Shown: positions 1 through 12,006 of the stretch, in pieces
How the letters are laid out: the number at the start of each line of letters is the position of its first letter
Numbering within the stretch: the stretch's first letter is position 1
NCBI GenBank assembly: GCA_965153455.1
Contig: OZ234493.1
Coordinates: 2,232,001 to 2,296,000, forward strand
Length of the DNA: 64,000 bases
From: Sphagnum compactum
Lineage: Eukaryota
Direction: 5' to 3'
Translations under genes and position numbers: made by a program
The notes under the pieces: generated by a model
Databases searched by the model: none
The model's input: the letters and a program-made list of their open reading frames with translations, nothing else
What the model was told of the DNA's origin: nothing

Positions 1-240
1 CATTTGCACTTTGTATGATGATACATTTCAAAAATATTTTTTTACCTTACTTTGACCTATTATTTTGGTGTGCACTATGAAGGTGCATTTTATAAAGACT
101 TTTCCTTTACAACCAAATGTAACAATTCAAATGGTGAAATGTCAAAAATTCCAAAAGTAGTTTTTTGTCAACATTTGTGAAGAAGTGTGAATCCCATGGA
201 AAGTCCATTGTTAGCATTAAGTTGAAAACATTTTGAGAAT

Positions 241-1300
241 GTCAAAAAGCTAGTTTATGGGTTTTTCTTTCTTCCTCCTATTGTAGATCCTTTTGGATGA
301 AATTTGTGAAAAAAAATGAAGTGCATATTTGATCCAAACAAATATGTGTTTTGTAGGGGTTTTTAAAATTCTTCTTTCAATGAAATTTGTGCTTTTTTAG
401 CGGTTTTTATTTCTTCTTCCAACTATAGCTCATGTTTGGATGACATTTGTGCTTTCTAAGGGTTTGTTTGGTTCCTCTAACTTCAACTCTTTTGGATGAA
501 ATTTGTGCAAAAACTGAATTGCATATTTCATCCAATTTGTAGGTCTTTTTTCGATGAGATTCATTTTTGTTGGCGATTTTTTATTACCCCCATTGTAACT
601 TTTTTGGATGAAATTAGTGTAGAAAATGAATGTGTACATTTCATCCACCACAACTTTTCTATTTGGATGAAATTTGTGCTAAAAATAAAGTGCATACTTA
701 ATCCAAATTGCAACTCTTTTGCATAAATTTGTGCAGCTCTTTTCAATGGAATTTGTGCAAAAAAAAACTTTGCATATTTCATCCAAACCACAACTCTTTT
801 GATGAATTTTTGTTTTCTAGGGTTTTGTTTTCCTTCCAACTGTAGCATTTGTGGATCATATTTGTGCTAATTTTTAGGGATTTTTTTCTCTTGTAACTAG
901 AACAACTCTTTTGGATGAAAATAATGTTTTCTAAAGGTTTTGTTTCCCTAAATTAACCCCATATGAAATCGTTGGACACCAACTACATCCTAGGAAGCTA
1001 CTTTTACATCCAAGATATTCAAGATATTCTAGGTAAGGGGACATGTGATTTTAGTTTTGTGAATCTCAAAGATTAAAAGTTGGACGGAGAGTTACATTCT
1101 ACCAAATTGTTTATTTCATACAATGTAGTTGACAATGACTTTTTAAAGTCATTATTTTCATCCAAATGCGAACTCCTTTTTAAGAAACTATGGCTCTTCT
1201 AGGGCACATTTTCATCCAAAATCTTTTCACGCAATCCATCCAACAAGTAATGATTAAAGTTGCATATGAAATAGTTGGAAAAAAATTCATCCATCCTACC
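241..1300. repeat. Degenerate array of ~45-nt hairpin units (TTGGATGAAAT...ATTTCATCCAA), probably a transposon subterminal or foldback relic
   Basis: TTGGATGAAAT-like motifs recur at ~293, 436, 492, 604, 664 and 911. Reverse-complement (T)TTCATCCA(A)-like motifs recur at ~328, 527, 640, 778, 1157 and 1210. Example unit 492-536: ttggatgaaatttgtgcaaaaactgaattgcatatttcatccaa. Confidence 0.75.
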
Positions 1301-1749
1301 AAGTTACTTAATTTTTACATCCGAATGTAAAAACTTTTAGGTAATCACCAAATGGAACAAGTCTTTTTCTTTTTTTAATCAAATATTATGGGAGCTTTTG
1401 TGATTTAATTTTGCGATAAAATAGATATGTGAATACACTTAATGCAAGCCATTACCCTTAATTTAATCAACATTTACTATTATCAATATATAAGCATTAG
1501 CAATCCATGATAAGATATAACGTGTATTAAAGATTAATATTAGTTTTAGAAGATAACTTTAATTTTTAAAGTATGCATCATGTACATACTTGCAACTAGT
1601 TTTTGGCTTTAAATAATTTTCAAGAGAAGAAGTGGCAAATTTTAAATAAATAAATAAATAAATAAAATGACTTCACCTTTTCAAATTTTCAATAAATCTT
1701 GAAATATCATAGTGGGGTTGTCGAAGCCAATCTTTTGAAAGAAAATATA

Positions 1750-2990
1750 TTTTCACAAAATATGTCAATTATTGGTATAGTTGATATTTTCAATGCAATG
1801 CAAATCAATATGTTTCCAATTGTAATCACGAAACAAAATATTCCCAAAAAACATTTTATTGATATACACCAACACACCCATGGTGGCTACAATATATTTG
1901 CTCTAAATATGTATGGAAATACGTCTCGCCATTCATATTTTTCATTTGTTTAGCCACAAGCTCATGAATGATTTGATATAAACATGTGAATATTATTTCA
2001 TGAACAACACTTCATGTAACATGTTACACAATAACTGTGAATTATGATACAATTTAACAAGACGAAGGATTTGTTTTCAAAACATGATCAAAGAAAGCAT
2101 GAAGTATGTGAAATGTGCATTCAAAAACTATTTGTTCAAACCCCATTGAAAACACATGGCACACAACACATGGCCACAAGGGTGAACAAGGTCAAGTTGC
2201 AAGGTTATGCCCTCAAATGTGTGTTCATCAAAACCAAAGTAACGTGATACATTACATGTATCTTATGCCTATTTTGGGGTAAAAGCATGGAATATTTCGT
2301 AAATTTTTTTCATGCACCTTGCCATCAAAAATACATTAATCAACTTCTTAAACTATAGTTCAAGATGAAAAAAAAAAGGATGAAAGTCAAAATCTTGATA
2401 AAATGAATATCTATTGCAAATGATAAAAAGGACCTTCACGGATGAATATCATCCCCAATCTCTACATAAAATTCTATGAACTATCATATGACCTTTGCAA
2501 TTGTGTTTTGTACCTCTTTTGAATGTCATATCATCGAATCCCACGAGGGATGGTTTGAGGTTTGTTTAGATACTGAAGGTGAGATTTGTAAACCTTTTGA
2601 ACTTGGCATTTGTAACCGAATGTGATTTCACATAAACTTATAGATTCCACAATTGTGTTAATTAAGGAAAAAAATTTGTTAATGATGTGAGACATTGGAA
2701 CCAAAAACATTTTTTTGGAATGTGTATCATATCGGTCACCATTGGCTAAATTCAAGCCAAGGTTTGGTGAAGGACAAACGTGGTAGTTGAATTTGGTTCC
2801 ATGTGAAGAGTTTTTTGTGATTGAAACAAACTCAATAAATGTCAAAACTTGATTGTCTTGATGATGTTTAATGGATTCACAAATAGACTTTAACGTTTTT
2901 TGATACATGTATAAGACGACAAGCTCTTCCATGGAGAGCAACCATTGAATCCTTTGAACCAAACAAGATTCAAAGCTAAAACACATGCAG
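1750..2990 (-). pseudogene. Possible decayed coding remnant of unknown origin with a RING-finger-like fragment
   Basis: The minus strand at ~2140-2215 reads EGITLQLDLVHPCGHVLCAMCFQW (PCGHxxCxxC). It is flanked by stop-interrupted reading frames and a 151-aa ORF (2531-2986). I could not recognise a family. Confidence 0.25.
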
Positions 2991-3568
2991 GGCTTGATGA
3001 TAAAATGTAATCAAATTGTCAAGAGCATGATAAATATCATTCCATTCGGTGGCAACAGGTTCAGAACATAAAATCTGACTTCAGTTTCTTAGCTTTTCAT
3101 ATATACTTTGAATTGTTAAATTCTATACACACAGATGGCAAAGAAACTTGCCAACAAAACAATGTAACAAATGTCAATATAAGCATTGTCCAAAATACCA
3201 ATTACAATACCATCATCACAAAGCTCAAGAAAACCAGTGTTACATTCACAATACAAATTCCAAGCTTGAGAGGGAAAAAAACACAATATTGCCCAAAAAA
3301 ATCATATCATCAAGAGAACAATAATAGGTATGCTCACATAACCCAAAACTTGAGGCAAGGTGTTGATTGTGGGAATTTGGCCTGACATTAACAAATTCAC
3401 AGAGCTTGACTTGGACATTTAAAGCATCTCCCTTCTCAAATAGAAACTTGCAATTTTTCCCTTGTCTTTGAGAGCATCTGTGGCTGAACAACAACAGAAG
3501 TCTGCAAAAGACTTACCACCAATAGCTGTATCCTCAAGCTCTCAAGGAAAATCTTTGGCAAAGCTTCT

Positions 3569-6500
3569 TTATCTGAATGAGATGGCCACCCTGCAGCAAT
3601 ACATAGAAGACAGGTGCTGCTGCATCAGGAACACACTCCAGACACTACCAAACGGTGAAAAAATACTATTAGCTTTCTTTGGTCATGCTGTCGGGAAATG
3701 GGTGGGGGATTAGATCCCATCATTGCTGGAGTTATGCCAAAGGGAAGTTCAATACTATTCGCAAAATGTGAAGGATTTAAAAAAAAATTTACCAAGCCTG
3801 ACGGCACCGTACAGCCTCTTTACGAACAACTCGCTTCCGATCATCTAGTGCAGTCAATAATGCCTTCAGAACCTGGCCCCCCAAGCCAGCAGCAAATGCT
3901 AATTTTTCAGTCTACAGAATGAAAGGGATTAATAATAAACAGAAAGCCAAAAGAAAAAAAATAGCAAATAGTGTTGTAACAAACCTCTCTCCGCAGGGGG
4001 AAGACTCCAGCATAAGGAAGGCCCACAACAGCTCCCAAGCACTGAAGTGCAGTCTTTCGCACCACCTAATGATCACAGTGATCACAGGTCACATAGATTG
4101 TAGTGATGGCAAAACTGTAGCCTTTTTCATTTCCAGAGCTATAAAGAAATTGAAATGAAATAGAGTTCCAAAAGTTTCAATTCTGTCTATGCAGAAATGG
4201 GAATTGTGCATGCAAAAACCAAACCTAGATCCTATAATAGTATGAACCGAACATGTCAGGAGGATTTTACCGGTGAATGTTCATATTGAACCAAAACCAG
4301 AAGTCGTTTCACTAAGCTTGACACATGTTCTGCCGCTATTGGTCTCCCTGAATCCATCACGGATGGGCAGGGAGGGTAGATTAGTCCTAGTACTTGCTTT
4401 AATTGTTTAAATGCATGAGTAGAGATTGAGGTTTAGGGTTTAGGGTCAGTCAAACAGTTAACAAAAGAACATGATACAATTCTTTGTTCAGCATCCTGAG
4501 TCCCAAAAAAATCTTACCATTGATGACTACTTGGATGCAAGAAAATCTGCCAAAAAATTGTCCTTACCAGTGCAATCATCGACAAGAAAGCCAGAGACCG
4601 CCAGTAACAAGGCAAGCAAACTCTCTGAGTCGCTTGGGTCAGTAGTGCACAGAGTTGAGATACCACCCAACAGCAATGGAAAAGCCTGTGGGAACAAAAA
4701 AGAAAAAAGAACCCAATACCCCAACAAGCCAACAACCCTCCTGGAAAGTTAGAATAACCCCCACCTTACTCCCTTCCGGCCTGAAAAAAAATCGTGACAA
4801 ACTCTTTTTGAAAATTGGGTTGAAATTAAAAAGCCCATATACCAGGAGCACACAGAAGAGAAGACTTGGGTATATATGAGTGATGCTCACCTTTTCACCA
4901 TCAGTGAGTACAACACTGTGAGGAATGCCTGAAACTAGATGCGCTAATCCTCGATACAGCCACAACCTGCTCAGCTCAACATCAGCAGCAGATGCCTTTT
5001 GCATTGCTTCCATGAGAGGGGCGAGCATGCTGTGGAAAAACCGCTGCTTAAAAAGAGGTCGTATGACAGCATGGTGCGCTTTGTTAAGACAAACTGGACT
5101 ATCTTCCACAATGATGCTGAATCCTTGTGCAGCAGCCATTCTGATGCTGCCATCTTCTTCTCTGTCCTGAAGCACAGAACCCACACAGAATGCAAGAGGA
5201 TCAGCTAAGGGCTGACGATGATTATCACAACAAAATTCTGTTTATACTAGAGCAGCAATCTTCAAGTATGGAGAAATGCCCAAATGGGTACCAATTCAGA
5301 AGTGGGTTTAGTGGTTTAGGGTTGGACCTCAGCAACAGTTCCTGACAGCAAGAGTGTTATGAGAAGCGATGCAACATCAGCAACTCTGCTATGTCCCCGC
5401 ATTGCCAAGCCTTTTCCTGCCCATGCAATTGCACAAATTGCACGTACTCTTCTTTGTACATGATCTCCAGAAACATCCTTAGTGTCATTTGCTACAGATC
5501 CCTCATTTGTAGACTGCTTCTTCTTTTGAGGCAGCTCTGCGAACCATCCTTTGTCAAGTGCCAGGTGAATCATATCCTCCAGATGCAAGTGTAATGCTTC
5601 CTGCCATCAATACCGAACCCCAAAGAAAATCATTTTACTCCTCTCCAGCCTGCTTTCGTAAGCAGAACATAGAACAGACACAGAGCAACAGAAAAGACAC
5701 TGATCTGCTCAGCTTAGAGTTTAGGATTTAGGGTTTAGGGTTTTTTAATAGAGAGAGATGAAAAGTGGACCTTATCTTTTGCAGCAATCACCCACTTGTT
5801 GAGCATTGATGCAACTGCATGAGCTGCCACTTCAGTGAGAAGAGGAGACTGTCCGTGGATAGCAACACCCACAAATTCTTCCAAAAGAACCCGCTCATTA
5901 CAAATGTCTGTTGATGGTATCAGAGAGACAATGACTACAGCAAGGTGCCCTACCACCCATCCTCTTTCATCTACACAGGCTGCTTGGCTCTTGGCTGTCT
6001 CTACTACCTTCTCCAATCCTTCTTGAACACTAGAATCTGTGGTACATCGGGTATCTTCTGATCTACAAGAAAACAGAATCTCAGATCCTTTCTGCAGAAT
6101 TTTCTTCTGTGTTGTTATGTTGCACTTCTGAACTGCCACACGCATTGCTGCCATGCTCCACCTAAGAATCTACACCAATATTGAAGAAAAAGTGAGAAAC
6201 CCTCAAACGATCATCATTTTAAAGTTCACATATTTTTGGGCACCAGCAGCACCAGCAGCTGGGAATCCATTTTTGCATCATAGCCTACAGTTTTGTACTT
6301 CTTTGCCCGAGTCCAGTTCAAGAGCTTTACCTGTTCATTTGCTTGTACCCACGGTTGAGAGGAATGAAGAAAAGTCCAAATTTCTAGTGCCACTTTTGCA
6401 GCAGATGCTTGATCGGTATCACTACTGCTGTCACACCTGTGAGGTTGGTCACCCACCCAATCCACCATATGATAATAGAAAAAAATTCTTCAAGATTCTG

Positions 6501-9500
6501 CTCTTGGACCATCAGAAGATCTTCAGTCTGATGGCAGCCATTAACTGTAGAATCTCAAGCGCTACAATTTTTGTTCAGAACCCTAAAACCCAACTATTGG
6601 ATCTTCCACTACTGTAGGATTGTGTCCTGTAGGCACAGGTGGGGAAAAGTACCTGTTATGGCTTTACTCACCATAACGGGTTATGGAAGAAGAATAGAGG
6701 TAGATCCAATACTGACAGTCAATATTGATTGTGATGAAATGGCTTTGAGAGTGGACCAAGAAAAAAACATGAGGACCAAAAGCACAAGGAGATCAAAAGC
6801 ATAAATATGAGATGCAATCATGTAATGGCAACAGAGAGAATGTAGACAACAGTAGCAGAATTGTAGTACCGAGGGAGGATGTTGTTGGACAAGCAGTGCA
6901 ACACAGACGCCACCTTCCCACAAATCCATTCCCCATTGCCATCATTGGTGTATTGTTGTGTGAGGTCCTGAGAGACAGTTGTCAAGAGGCCTTCGATCAC
7001 CATTTTGCGAGCAATTGGTCTGGAGCCACCTATCATCTGCAGAGCAATCAGTTGTTTTTCCACCAAATGCACTGTTTCCGTGCCTTCTTCTGCGACAGCT
7101 TGCAGTAAATATGGAATCACCTCAGTCAATATCCCAGGACTAACACTGCTGCTCTCCACACCTCTGAATCTATCCTCTGAGTCGCTTATGCTGACTAATG
7201 CATTGAGGACCTCGGTCTGCAGTGAGTCACTGTCTCCAGACAATAATACTTCCCTGAGAAACGAGAGAACTTCTTGTAACTGGTCTCTTGAGAGTGGTGA
7301 AAGAGATGCAGGGAATGAGGCTAACTGCTGCAATCCTGCCACTGGCACCAGATAAAAACAAAACCCCGTTCTTAAAACACATTCTGTCTGAAACTGATCT
7401 CGTTAATGAGGAGTTTCTATGTTTTTGCAGCATTGTCTAAAGACGGAACTGTTTACCTCCGAGTATAGAAGCCTCGTTTGAATCATTGATGGCAATGACC
7501 TGGCAAAAGGCGGTAATAAGGTCTTGTGCCAGGATCTGCAGTGGATCTAACCACCTTCTGGTTGACTCGGAACCGGACACACTCGATGGATACCAACCCA
7601 TTGTAGTAGCTGCCTGTGCACACAACTTCTTTGCCATGCTTCCAGCTGCCGACACAATCTGCAGGACAACCTCAAGTCCAATTGCAACCCAATAATCACG
7701 GTTTCGGCTAGAGCTGGACTTGCTAGCTCTGAAACAAACTGTGTTCTGTTGTGATGACAGAAAGTGTGAATTGCTGCTACCACAAGATGACATTCCAACC
7801 TCTGAGATGACATTCTGCTGCTGCTCTGTACCAAGCAAGCTGCTGCTTTGTGCTTCCAATCCAGTGTCGGGGCTTTCCGAATGCATACCCCTTATTATGC
7901 CCATGATTCGAGTCAGTACCTGGCTACAGATTGCATAACAGGAATAGGGAGAAGCACAGGCAGCTGCTGACAGAACACGAGCTGTTGCCTGCACTCGAAG
8001 CTTTGCACGATTGTTTGAAATGGTGCTACTACTACTACTACTACCTGGACCAGGTCCTGCTGCTGCAGCACTGAGTTCATCTGTTCTCCAGCGGTGGGTG
8101 GTTGTATCATCATCCTCCAAAGAGGCAATTAAATCCTCAACAGATTCATCTTTCAGAATCAACTGTAGAAAGATCCCAGATTCGGTGGTGGTGCTCCTCC
8201 TCCTCCTCACCTCAGAAGTAGTAGTAGTAGATGATGCATCATGAGAGAAGAAATCCTTCTCCTCCTCTTGGAATGTTTCAACCCAGCTCGTCAAACACAA
8301 TGTTGCTTGCTCAAGGATTTCAGCATCCTTTGGTTCTGCAGATGTCACGGCCGCTGCGGATGCTGGGACTGACAATGGCAAAAGCTCAGCTTTCAATGCT
8401 GCCCATACAGCCCCTGCATGCTCTATGAGTACTCTAGCTCCATAATGTGGCGCGCAATAGCCCAAGTAATTCAACGAGTCCACCTGTGCCAAAGAGGGAC
8501 AAAGAGACAGGAAAAAAAAAGTTCAGGTTTCCCATTGAAGCTTTGAAAAATAGCTCAAGAGTTTGCAGGAGAGAGCCTTCAACAACACTGCACAGGTCAA
8601 AACAGAAACAGATAAAACCAACCTTGGCTCCTTGAAGGCTAGATGACAACTTCTCGAGCAGCAATGGAATGCAGTATTGAGCGAACAATGGTGTGCAAGC
8701 AAACACTCTCTGCACATCCCGATACAAATTGTTGAAGGCTGTGTCTTTTCAGGAGGAGAAGAAATAACAAAGCTGACAGAAGAAGACATAAAGCTTTATT
8801 AGGAAGAGTTTTTAAGGGTGACAAAGTGACAACCCACCCACCTTAAGGGATGTGACAAGATCCGCTTTTGTGATGCCATCCTGACCACCACCACCACCTG
8901 CTTGCTGCAAAAACAAAAACACATGTCAATTTTGTTGTGTGTTTGTTACCAATACCCAAACTGTCCCTGATTGAAGAAGATTTTCCTTTTGAAGAGACAA
9001 AGGATTACAAAAAACCCTAAACCCTAAACCCATAAAACTTCAAGATAGAAAAGGGAGAAGGATTTGGTTGCTGAAGAAGAAGAAGAACAGGGATTTTTGT
9101 GTGTGTTGCAAAATTTTTGCTACAACTTACAGGGTTGAAGGAAATCGGAAAGTAGCGGCTAACAATGTCAAAAAGGTCTTCGGCACAATCAGCAACAGGC
9201 CCATCAGAGTCCGGGAAGACAAGAGTCAACAATTCCACAATCCGAAACACAAGTAGCAGACATCGAGGGTCTTTTTCTTCTTCAATTGCTGCGCACACTC
9301 CAAAGACCAAATCTCCTCCCTGTGTGTTGTTGCCACAGATTTTCCAAGACCTAATTTAATTATGATATCCATAATCTAAAAACCCAATCCTAGAGTCCTG
9401 TAAATAATGTGCAACACAACCTACACATTCCCAACACTGAACAAAAACCCAACAAAACATTATCACATAAGGAGAGAGACAGAGACATAGACAGAGAGAG

Positions 9501-11270
9501 ACAGACAAGACATACCAAAGGAGCAATGGCAGCACCATGCCTGCTGAGTAGACACTGGAAGAACTCTAGACACAGCTGAGGATACCACCACACCCACAAA
9601 AGACCACATCAGAAGATCTTCGAATTCTACCCACATGCAACTTTCAATTTGAACAATTTGTGCATTAGATGTACGAGAGATTATGGACATAGATGACTGT
9701 AGGAATTCAGCAAATCACCATCATACACTCACTCTATATGTATATCATTCACCAGGATCATGTTTTGGAGACCCTGAAGAAAAATGCTGGATATGTATAT
9801 TTCTGTATGAGACAATGCTCACCATTCGGTCATGTTGGGCAAGAGCCTGGACATGGAGATTCTCCAGCGCCAACCGAGCCACTTCTCTTGCATCTTCTCC
9901 CACCACAGCCCCTACATGGGGAGCTCTTCTCAAGAGAGTCAGAGAGCCGAGGAGTGCTGCACGTAGAGAGTGCCAATCAGCCTGACACAACCCAAAAAAT
10001 ATCAACAACAAAATTCCCCACCATTTTACATCAATCAGAACTTGGGAAGGAGAAAAATCATGCACATTTATGAAAGGGAACCCAAGAAATAAAACAAATG
10101 CTCTGTGTACGCATTGGAGATTCACTTTATGAACTTACAAGACGTGCACCAAAGAAAATGGTAAGACTATGAACCACCGTGTCTTCAAGAGGCATCACTG
10201 AGAGTCCAACCAGTATCTCAGCCAGCAGCTGAATTCCTGCAACCCACCCAAAAATGGATTATTATAACTTTCCAAAGTTCAGATTGACAAGTGTTCATAT
10301 CATTACACTCTCTATTGCATCTCTCTATCTGTAAGTATGAAGTTTTATGTAACACTGCAACAAAATCACAAAAGATCCAGGAGGCATCAGTGCAACTGAG
10401 TTACTAGGGTTTAGGGATACTCCTTCTCTTCAGGAACATTTATGGATGTGTTACATACATACCTACAAACATATATGACCACCATAGTCAGAGTGCAGAA
10501 CCCATTTGCATGACAATGCGAGGAGGAATGGTAGAGAGATGGAAAATTGTTTAGGAAATCCTAAACCTACCTCGAGCTCTGATGACATTGTCTGTTGTGG
10601 TCAAGTACATTTCAAGACCAGTGACCTGCAGCCATTTGGGCAGAAATTTTTGTTTGGAATCCACTTTGTTGTTGGTGGAGTCAGGAAAAGAAACAAATCA
10701 GTAAAATACTGACTGACTGACTTGCTAAAATCTCTCTTTGATACTACAAACAGAGAAAAAACAAAGGAAGAAAGAAGGAGAAAGACAACAACAACACTAA
10801 CCACTTCATTGATGGTGATCCGCCCGAGCAAAACTTGGTCAATGATTGCTCTGCAACCAGCAGCCTGATGATTGATCCAAACATACAACAACAACAACTA
10901 CTGATTTCAGCTTTTCTGATGATGCACGTACTCACTAACACTGACTGGAGGAGGAGCAGATGAAAAACAAGAAGAATTTTGTTGATGATGTTTGCGGAAG
11001 ACACAGAAGAAGAAAGACCAACAACAACAACTGATATCATCTTCTAATGCCACTCACTGACTGGAGCAGACGGGAAAGAAGAATTGAACTAAGAACCTGC
11101 TCTGCAGCAGAGCTCTCTGAATTGACATATGCTTCAATATGTGGAATCAGCGGCGGTGGCATTGGAGGTTTAAAGCTGAGCAGGATTTGTGCTCTTTTTG
11201 TTCTTCCACCATATTGCTGTTGTTGTTCTCCTTCTCCTCCTCCTTCTGCTGTGGGCAAGAAGGAGGCCAT
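3569..11270 (-). CDS. MMS19: MMS19/MET18, HEAT-repeat component of the cytosolic Fe-S assembly (CIA) targeting complex; about 20 exons
   Basis: GT-AG exons join in frame: LIPHIEAYVNSE.., VTGLEMYLTTTDNVIRARG, ADWHSLRAALLG, EEKDPRCLLLVF..DLFDIVSRYFPISF, FACTPLFAQYCIPLLLEKLSS, IRPLFKQRFF, VVRKTALQCL..FPLRRE, ALDDRKRVVRKEAVRCRQAW, final exon VAISFR* (TAA 3571-3569). Approximate exons: 11270-11097, 10864-10802, 10625-10571, 10236-10139, 9981-9823, 9575-9515, 9319-9131, 8904-8843, 8709-8623, 8483-7457, 7347-6870, 6436-6331, 6169-5772, 5600-5328, 5211-4891, 4685-4568, 4347-4271, 4064-3984, 3872-3793, 3590-3569. The start could instead be ATG 11162. Confidence 0.93.
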
Positions 11271-12006
11271 AGAGATGGGGTCCTCCTGATGTGATGTGAT
11301 TCTCTCTCTGCTGCTGCTGCAGCAGCAGCAGCTCTGCAATTCAGTGATGCATGATGATGATGTGCAGGAAGAGGAGGAGCAGCAGCAGGAGCATTTGCTT
11401 ATGTCACTGAACGAAGCAAAGCAAAGGCAAAGCAAATCACACAATCACACACACACAAACCCATAGAGTCCATCCCCTCTCTGTCTCTCTGCGTCTCTGT
11501 GCGAACCAGAATTTCTTGAGGGATGATGATTCTCCAACTCTCAATCTCTCCTCACAAAGCAGAAGAATAAGAATAAGAAGAAAAAGAAGAAATACAGTGT
11601 TTGAAAAGGTTGGAGACAACAAAAGAAACCCTAAACCCTAGTGCTAGATGAGAACCAGGGGCGTCTTGAGGGATGATAATTCTCCAACTCTTAATCTCTC
11701 CTCACAAAGGAGCAGCGCAAAAGAAGAAGAAATCCAGTGTTTGAAAAGCTCCGAGATAACAACAGAAATCCTAAACCCTGGTAAAACCCTAGACCCTAAT
11801 GCGAGAGGAGGAGGAGGAGGAGGAGCAGGGCGTGGTTTTGTTGGGTCTTTTTGTTGTTGGCTGTGGTCGAAATCGGTCGCTGCCATCTTGGGTGTCATTG
11901 CACGACGTCGGCAATTGGATTGCGCTCCTTTTGAAGGATACCCAATTCTGGCCCCTACCACGACAACAGAAGAAGAAAAAGCAGAAGAAGAAGCAAAAGA
12001 GGAGCC
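11271..12006. promoter_or_regulatory. Shared divergent (bidirectional) promoter and 5'UTR region of MMS19 and the oligopeptidase
   Basis: The two start codons (11270 minus, 12007 plus) are only ~740 bp apart. The interval has CT/GA-rich tracts and several telo-boxes (AAACCCTA at ~11626-11640 and 11767-11798). Confidence 0.7.
11503..11780. repeat. Imperfect ~135-bp tandem duplication, each copy ending in telo-box repeats
   Basis: Copy 1 (11503-11641) and copy 2 (11652-11780) share gaaccag..tcttgagggatgat.attctccaactct.aatctctcctcacaaag..aagaagaaat.cagtgtttgaaaag..gaga.aacaa.agaaa.cctaaaccct. Confidence 0.9.

Noticed and set aside
241-920. CRISPR array
   Set aside because: Eukaryotic context, degenerate repeats, irregular and mutually similar spacers, and no cas genes.
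6580-6655. Extra MMS19 exon (YFSPPVPTGHNP..)
   Set aside because: It runs into a stop, and the flanking exons already join in phase (CG|G TGT) without it.
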